From: an uncultured Gammaproteobacteria bacterium
GTDB taxonomy: Bacteria > Pseudomonadota > Gammaproteobacteria > SZUA-229
Assembly: GCA_965602855.1 (NCBI GenBank)
Contig: CBFCZV010000005.1
Location: 9,559-73,558, forward strand
Length of the DNA: 64,000 nt
Direction of reading: 5' to 3'
A model generated the notes under the pieces. The model was not told the DNA's origin, did not search any database, and worked only from the letters and a program-made list of their open reading frames with translations. The position numbers and the translations under genes were made by a program. Positions 58,271-64,000 of the stretch are shown one piece after another (the first letter of the stretch is position 1; every line of letters begins with the position of its first letter).

Positions 58271-59470
58271 CTAGCCCGGCTGACCATCAATGCGTGGCTT
58301 AACCAGCATAGGTGCGAACAGGATAAGGAAAAGCCCAAAGCCACTAATCCAGAGTATTTGTGAAATCGCAACCCATGTCATGTACTGCGCTGGTAAAAGC
58401 AGCGGCAGGAAGACGCGAGCAAATGCCCCCGCAATTAATAGCAGGAATGCAATCGACAAGCCGCGTGGTGGTTGTTGCACATTACGACCGGTGTGGCCAA
58501 GCGTTACGCGTGACATCATGCCGACAGTTAAAATGCCGATACCACCTGCGGTGAATGCGTGTACTGCAATAAAGGGTGATACGCCAAGCCAGACTGAAGC
58601 GGCTTTGAATGCAAAACCCAGAGTCAGGAACAAATAGGCAATATAGAGCACCCAGAGCATGGGTGCTTTCCACAGGGCTTTAGTGTGCCAGTCATAGCAA
58701 CGAATGGCGTGTAGTACAAAAAGAACAGCGGCCAGTGCGCCAGCTATTTTGGTTTGTGTAAAAACTACATCGCTTATCCATAAAGCGGCCAACAAAACCA
58801 TGCTGCTCGTATCCAGCCATTTTCTGTTGCTCAGGCTTACTTGTGCATTCACGCCTCTTTCAATAAAGAAGGGGATAACGCGTCGTCCCATGACAAAGAT
58901 AATAGTGAGCACAAGATAAAGACAGGAGTAAATGCCGATGCGTTCGCCACCTTCTACAAGGCCGAGGAGGCCAGCGTAGTAAAAGGAGTTGGCGAGGAAC
59001 ATTGCAAATAGAATGGCAAGAATTCCAGCCTGAGACCATTGTTCTACTTTTGTGATGGGTCTCGCAATGGCAAAGGCCGTGGCCAGTACGAATGAGCAAT
59101 CGAGCAGGGCAACCAATCCGACTGAGCCAATATTCAGTATGGGTAAAAGCCGTGCTAGCAGCCAGATTGAAAACAAAGCCATGAGAAGTTTGCCATTAAT
59201 GGTTTGATGTCCCGTCCAGTTTTTTACTGCGGCGAGTAAAAAGCCAGCGATCACCGCCAGTGCATAACCAAACAGCATTTCATGGGCGTGCCAGGTTGTT
59301 GGGTTAATATCGAGTAGTGGCATTTGCCATTTAAATACATAAATACCCATCCAAACCATCATGGAAATAATAGAAAAGCTGGCGGCACCGATAAAGAAAG
59401 GGCGAAAGCCAAGCTCCCAGAGGGCGATTGTAGTTTCAGTTTGCTGGTTTGGTTCAGAGATGTTTAGCAT
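58271..59470 (-). CDS. nnrS: NnrS-family haem-copper membrane protein (NO-stress associated).
   Basis: It has about 12 TM helices and the conserved His residues of NnrS. The N-terminus LWELGFRPFF is typical. Confidence 0.85.
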   Translation of the reverse strand: MLNISEPNQQTETTIALWELGFRPFFIGAASFSIISMMVWMGIYVFKWQMPLLDINPTTWHAHEMLFGYALAVIAGFLLAAVKNWTGHQTINGKLLMALFSIWLLARLLPILNIGSVGLVALLDCSFVLATAFAIARPITKVEQWSQAGILAILFAMFLANSFYYAGLLGLVEGGERIGIYSCLYLVLTIIFVMGRRVIPFFIERGVNAQVSLSNRKWLDTSSMVLLAALWISDVVFTQTKIAGALAAVLFVLHAIRCYDWHTKALWKAPMLWVLYIAYLFLTLGFAFKAASVWLGVSPFIAVHAFTAGGIGILTVGMMSRVTLGHTGRNVQQPPRGLSIAFLLLIAGAFARVFLPLLLPAQYMTWVAISQILWISGFGLFLILFAPMLVKPRIDGQPG

Positions 59471-59779
59471 GAGTCATTTTTGAATTTACTAAAGAGGGTA
59501 TATTTTAATATTAATTTGAGCATTTGGATAAAAATATTGTGTTTTTATTTTGAATGAGATGTATTTCTGACTTCAGTATCAGGTGTCAGAGTCAGTGAAG
59601 CATCGACTCCGAGGCCTGATTATTTAAACACCATGCGGCGCAAAATCTGGCTCAGAAAACAATTTACACTAATATCAGAAACAACTACTCTCTGAACCGG
59701 GTTTTCTTTTGATTTAAAATTGACACCTGGCATCTTCTTTAGATTTATACTTGCCCTTCAAAGTCATTACCCCTATTCA

Positions 59780-61117
59780 ATGTTCATTGGGAGAGCCACT
59801 GTGGAAAGTAATGTAATACAGGAACATGTTAGGCAACTTACTGAGAGTTTGCTCAATGCTCTGAGCAGTCCCCAGTTTTATTCGCAAGCAGGCATTATCA
59901 TTCTTGCCATAATCATGGCCTACGCCTTCTTTCGTTTGATTGATCGTCATTCTGACTTACTCAAGCCGGCCAGGAGTAAAACACATTTTTTCTGGTTACG
60001 TGATGCCATCTATCAGATTAGAAGCCTGCTACTGCCACTCTTCATTATTCTGTTTATGGTAATGGCTGTTGATTTCAGCGACTATTTTATTAAAGAATCG
60101 TGGCTGGTTCGTGTTGCTCAGGGACTGGCTGTGGTACTGATCATTTATTCAATTATTTCCCGCTTCGTTTCCAATCTTTTTATCAAAGCCGTTTTTAAAT
60201 GGATCGCGATTCCCATTGCGCTACTTCAGGTTTTTGGATGGCTTGATGGTGTCACCGGCTATCTTGAATCTTTATACGTCGAAATGGGTAATATAAAAAT
60301 TTCCGCCTATGGCGTTGCGCGTGTCGTTGTTTTCGGTTCAATTTTGTTCTGGCTCGGTCGCATATCTAACGCGATTGGACAAAAGGCCATTCGTCAGCAA
60401 AAAAATCTGGACGTTGGCACACGCGAGGTTTTTGCCAAACTTTTTCAGGTTACTTTGTATCTGGTGATCTTCATTCTTCTGCTACAGGCGATGGGCATCA
60501 ATATTACGACCCTGGCAGTATTCGGCGGCGCACTTGGTGTTGGTCTTGGCTTTGGTCTGCAGTCAATCGCCTCAAACTTTATCTCAGGCATTATTCTGTT
60601 ACTCGACCGCTCACTCGCCGTTGGTGATTACATCGAGCTGGCCGATGGACAAAAAGGTACGATCCGTGAATTAAATATGCGTTCGACAACACTTGAGACC
60701 TATGATGGAAAAGATATCATGGTGCCCAATGAGCAATTTATTACTACCAGTTTTATCAACTGGACACATAAGAATAAAAAACAGCGTTACTCTATTAATC
60801 TACAGGTTGCCTATAGCACTGACCTGCATCATTTATTCGATTTGCTCAGAGAAGTCGTTGCCGGCCATCCAAAGGTACTCAGTGGCCCTGATCTACCCAT
60901 TGAAGAAATTCCTGATGCCGAAATAAGTAGTTTTGGTGATTCGGGCGTTAATATTCTTATTGAATTCTGGATGGAAGGTATTGATGATGGTGAGCACCGG
61001 GTTGGCGGTGACCTGCTACTCATGATCTGGGATGCGCTTAAAGAACATCAGATTGAAATTCCTTTCCCTCAACGCGAAGTTAAAATCGTAAAAGTTGGTG
61101 AAGGCATACAACTTTAG
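59780..61117 (+). CDS. MscS-family mechanosensitive channel.
   Basis: N-terminal TM helices are followed by the conserved pore helix TM3 and a beta-domain (GGALGVGLGFGLQSIASNFISGIILL...VGDYIEL). The start is uncertain: the ORF track uses a TTG at 59720, and ATG 59780 was chosen instead. Confidence 0.75.
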   Translation: MFIGRATVESNVIQEHVRQLTESLLNALSSPQFYSQAGIIILAIIMAYAFFRLIDRHSDLLKPARSKTHFFWLRDAIYQIRSLLLPLFIILFMVMAVDFSDYFIKESWLVRVAQGLAVVLIIYSIISRFVSNLFIKAVFKWIAIPIALLQVFGWLDGVTGYLESLYVEMGNIKISAYGVARVVVFGSILFWLGRISNAIGQKAIRQQKNLDVGTREVFAKLFQVTLYLVIFILLLQAMGINITTLAVFGGALGVGLGFGLQSIASNFISGIILLLDRSLAVGDYIELADGQKGTIRELNMRSTTLETYDGKDIMVPNEQFITTSFINWTHKNKKQRYSINLQVAYSTDLHHLFDLLREVVAGHPKVLSGPDLPIEEIPDAEISSFGDSGVNILIEFWMEGIDDGEHRVGGDLLLMIWDALKEHQIEIPFPQREVKIVKVGEGIQL

Positions 61118-61189
61118 AAATATTGAGATTGTTTTTAACTAAAATCCGACTTATAAATTAAATTATTCACCTGAGAGCAGCAACCTCCA

Positions 61190-62554
61190 ATGACACAGGT
61201 TAATCCTATAGAAAAGCAAGATGAACCAAATCAGGTAGACTATATCATCGGTAATTTAAAAGCCGGAGATGATATAGCAGTAAGCGGCCACCTTGAGCTT
61301 CTACATGCCGCAGAAATTGCCAGTCTTCTAGAATCATTACCCCCCGAACAACGTCAACATCTTTGGAAGCTAGTACCACAGGAAATTGGGGGTGAAACCC
61401 TTACCTATCTAGGTGACGAAGTAAGAGGCAGCATCATTGATAAAATGAAAGATGCTGACGTAGTCACTGCCACTGAAACCATGAACGTGGAAGATCTTGC
61501 GGGTGTCATGGATGAGCTATCTGATGGCATAAGTGAAGCAGTGCTGGAATCGCTCGATGAAGACCGCCGCCTGCGACTGGAAACCACCCTCTCTTTTGAT
61601 GAGAACACTGCCGGCCGACTGATGAGTACCGATGTAATCAGCGTACGCAAAAATGTTACTCTCGCGGTTGTATTACGTTACCTGCGTCGCCTGAAACCAT
61701 TACCAATGCATACTGACGCTTTGATGGTAACAGATGAACATGGTACGTGTCTCGGCAAGTTGACGCTTGCTGATACAGTATCTGAGCACCCGGATACTGT
61801 GGTAAGCGATGTCATGCGGGAAGCTGCCGACTGGGTACAAGTTGACACGAACGACCATGATGTAGCGCTACTATTTCAACGACGTGACCTGGTTTCCGTC
61901 GCCGTAGTCGATGAGCATTCAAAATTGATGGGGCGCATCACCATTGATAATGTTGTTGATATTATCGTTGCAGAAGCAGACAAAACATTACTGGCCAGTG
62001 CTGGTCTGGTTGAGGATGAAGATCTTTTCGCCCCTGTTTATCCCAGTGCCAAACGGCGTGCCGTCTGGTTAGGCGTTAATCTTGTTACAGTTTTCATGGC
62101 GGTCGGGGTCATTGGATTATTTGAAGAAGTGCTGGACAAAATTGTAGTGCTTGCTATTTTAATGCCGATTGTAGCCAGCATGGGAGGCATTGCAGGGAGT
62201 CAGACCCTAACACTGACAATTCGTGGTCTGGCACTGGGTCAGGTGAGCAGCGCCAACTTGCGCTGGCTGGGAAATAAAGAACTATTAGTGGGTTTATTAA
62301 ATGGTTTAACCTGGGCTATTGTGGTGTCAATAATAACCTTTATCTGGTTTCAGGACACGGGCATCGCCCTGATTATTGCCGTAGCGATGATGCTTAATCT
62401 GGTCGCCGCCGCATTTTCCGGTGTATTGATACCGGTAATACTGGATCGTATGAGTATAGACCCTGCACTTTCCGGTGCAGTGGTATTAACCACGGTGACA
62501 GATATAGTAGGCTTTCTGAGTTTCCTTGGATTAGCGACATTGTTTCTATTATAA
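61190..62554 (+). CDS. mgtE: Magnesium transporter MgtE.
   Basis: An N-terminal MgtE_N domain, tandem CBS domains and a five-TM MgtE membrane domain are present. Confidence 0.9.
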   Translation: MTQVNPIEKQDEPNQVDYIIGNLKAGDDIAVSGHLELLHAAEIASLLESLPPEQRQHLWKLVPQEIGGETLTYLGDEVRGSIIDKMKDADVVTATETMNVEDLAGVMDELSDGISEAVLESLDEDRRLRLETTLSFDENTAGRLMSTDVISVRKNVTLAVVLRYLRRLKPLPMHTDALMVTDEHGTCLGKLTLADTVSEHPDTVVSDVMREAADWVQVDTNDHDVALLFQRRDLVSVAVVDEHSKLMGRITIDNVVDIIVAEADKTLLASAGLVEDEDLFAPVYPSAKRRAVWLGVNLVTVFMAVGVIGLFEEVLDKIVVLAILMPIVASMGGIAGSQTLTLTIRGLALGQVSSANLRWLGNKELLVGLLNGLTWAIVVSIITFIWFQDTGIALIIAVAMMLNLVAAAFSGVLIPVILDRMSIDPALSGAVVLTTVTDIVGFLSFLGLATLFLL

Positions 62555-62634
62555 ATTGAAAAAATGTTACCAGACATAACCGAACAACCTTATACTGCAT
62601 TAACATTTAATGGTCTTTGTAAGGGTTACAAAAA

Positions 62635-63087
62635 GTGAATCAAAATTTAATTGCACTCGGCTGGAGAGAATGGGTTTCGTTACCTGATCTGGGGCTCACC
62701 TGGATTAAAGCAAAGATAGATACTGGGGCTAAAACTTCCTGCCTGCATGCCTTTTCTGTCAAAGAATTTACAGTGGATGATAAAAAGTGGATACGCTTTG
62801 GTATTCACCCCCATCAACAGGACACGGAAACAGAAGTACTTTGTGAAGCAGAAGTCATCGACGAACGCACAGTTTCAGATTCTGGTGGACATAAGGAAAA
62901 ACGCTACGTAATTTCAACCGATATTGTGCTGGCAAATCAACGCTGGCCTATAGAAATCACGCTCACAAATCGAGATAATATGCGTTTTCGTATGCTGCTG
63001 GGCCGAACAGCTATGGAGCATAAAATAATGGTCAACCCAGGTAAATCTTTTTTGCTCGGCAAACCAACAGCTAATAGCAAAGGGTAA
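62635..63087 (+). CDS. RimK-associated putative ATP-dependent zinc protease (retropepsin-like, DUF785).
   Basis: The N-terminus [34 protein letters not shown] is characteristic of the family. It lies immediately upstream of rimK. Confidence 0.75.
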   Translation: MNQNLIALGWREWVSLPDLGLTWIKAKIDTGAKTSCLHAFSVKEFTVDDKKWIRFGIHPHQQDTETEVLCEAEVIDERTVSDSGGHKEKRYVISTDIVLANQRWPIEITLTNRDNMRFRMLLGRTAMEHKIMVNPGKSFLLGKPTANSKG

Positions 63088-63094
63088 ACGAAAA

Positions 63095-64000
63095 ATGAAA
63101 ATTGCCATTTTATCACGCAACAAAAAACTCTACTCTACCCGACGCCTTATTGAAGCCTGTGAACAACGAGGTCATGAGCCCATGGTACTCGATGTCCTGC
63201 GTTCTTATATGGAAGTTGTACCCAGTAAACCCGAAGTACATTTTAAAGGTAATGCGCTTCATGCATTCGACGCAGTTATTCCCAGGATTGGTGCCTCGGT
63301 TACCTTCTATGGCACTGCAGTACTGAGGCAGTTTGAAATGATGGGAGCCTTCCCTCTAAACGAATCGGTTGCCATTGCTCGCTCACGGGACAAACTTCGT
63401 TCATTGCAATTGCTTTCTCGTAAAGGCATTGGTTTGCCTAATACGGGTTTTGCTCATGACCCAGATGATATTCAAGATCTAATAAAGATGGTGGGTGGTG
63501 CACCATTGGTAATTAAATTACTAGAGGGCACTCAAGGCATTGGTGTAGTCTTGGCAGAAACAAAAAAAGCGGCTGAAAGTGTTATCGAAGCTTTTATGGG
63601 TTTGAAAGCAAACATCATGGTGCAGGAATATATAAAAGAAGCAGGTGGAGCAGACATACGTTGTTTAGTGGTAGGCGGCAAAGTCGTCGCCGCAATGAAA
63701 CGGCAAGCACTGCCCGGAGAATTTCGATCAAATTTACATCGAGGTGGCAGCGCCTCATTAATTAAGATTACACCGGCTGAACGTAGCACAGCCGTTAAGG
63801 CTGCAAAAATAATGGGGCTCAACGTAGCTGGAGTAGATATTCTTCGTTCAGAACGAGGCCCGCTGGTAATGGAAGTAAACTCTTCACCAGGTCTTGAAGG
63901 TATAGAGATTGCCACCGGTAAAGATATTGCTGGCATGATCATTGAGTTTATCGAAAAAACCGCCAAACCTCATAAAACAAAAACCAGAGGCAAGGGTTAA
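63095..64000 (+). CDS. rimK: Ribosomal protein S6 glutamate ligase RimK (ATP-grasp).
   Basis: [18 protein letters not shown] and ATP-grasp motifs are present. The gene ends at the window edge with a stop codon. Confidence 0.9.
   Translation: MKIAILSRNKKLYSTRRLIEACEQRGHEPMVLDVLRSYMEVVPSKPEVHFKGNALHAFDAVIPRIGASVTFYGTAVLRQFEMMGAFPLNESVAIARSRDKLRSLQLLSRKGIGLPNTGFAHDPDDIQDLIKMVGGAPLVIKLLEGTQGIGVVLAETKKAAESVIEAFMGLKANIMVQEYIKEAGGADIRCLVVGGKVVAAMKRQALPGEFRSNLHRGGSASLIKITPAERSTAVKAAKIMGLNVAGVDILRSERGPLVMEVNSSPGLEGIEIATGKDIAGMIIEFIEKTAKPHKTKTRGKG

Noticed and set aside
61118-61189. M-box (Mg2+) riboswitch upstream of mgtE.
   Set aside because: The 72-nt AT-rich spacer is too short for the ~160-nt M-box, and no conserved helices were seen.
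1-64000. CRISPR arrays, IS elements or prophage.
   Set aside because: No regularly spaced direct repeats were observed, and there are no transposase, integrase or phage structural genes.

Overview
The window looks like a 64-kb core-genome segment of a gammaproteobacterium. Gene order matches Pseudomonas and E. coli in several blocks: rpe-gph-trpE...trpGDC-crp-yhfA, and gcvT-H-PA-PB/ubiH-ubiI-pepP-ygfB/zapA-ssrS-ygfA. Other genes point to a sulfur-oxidising, CO2-fixing lifestyle: fccAB flavocytochrome c sulfide dehydrogenase, small c-type cytochromes, and cbbY, gph, rpe and rpiA.

About 70 protein genes are supported. Three RNA-level features are missing from the ORF track:
- a tRNA-Gln(CUG) after rplM-rpsI;
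- a 6S RNA (ssrS) in its conserved zapA-ssrS-5-formyl-THF-cycloligase position;
- a candidate Trp-rich leader ORF (MKIFSEQQAFRGGYSWRW) directly upstream of trpE.

The less ordinary content is:
- a 5'-truncated gene encoding more than 1600 aa with NHL-propeller, Fn3, TPR, transglutaminase-like and TPR domains;
- an orphan gspA/gspB (ExeAB-like) pair, divergent from a 1350-aa HPt-REC-REC-PAS3-GAF-HisKA-HATPase-REC hybrid kinase and a REC-HD-GYP regulator;
- three further c-di-GMP enzymes;
- a secreted hypothetical gene sitting in the trpE-trpG junction, which is the pyocin insertion hotspot in Pseudomonas;
- a cytochrome c / 4-TM membrane protein / secreted-protein mini-operon;
- two paralogous porins flanking a Cys-containing secreted protein.

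I found no CRISPR array, integrase or transposase. All coordinates for RNAs and hairpins are approximate (hand-counted).
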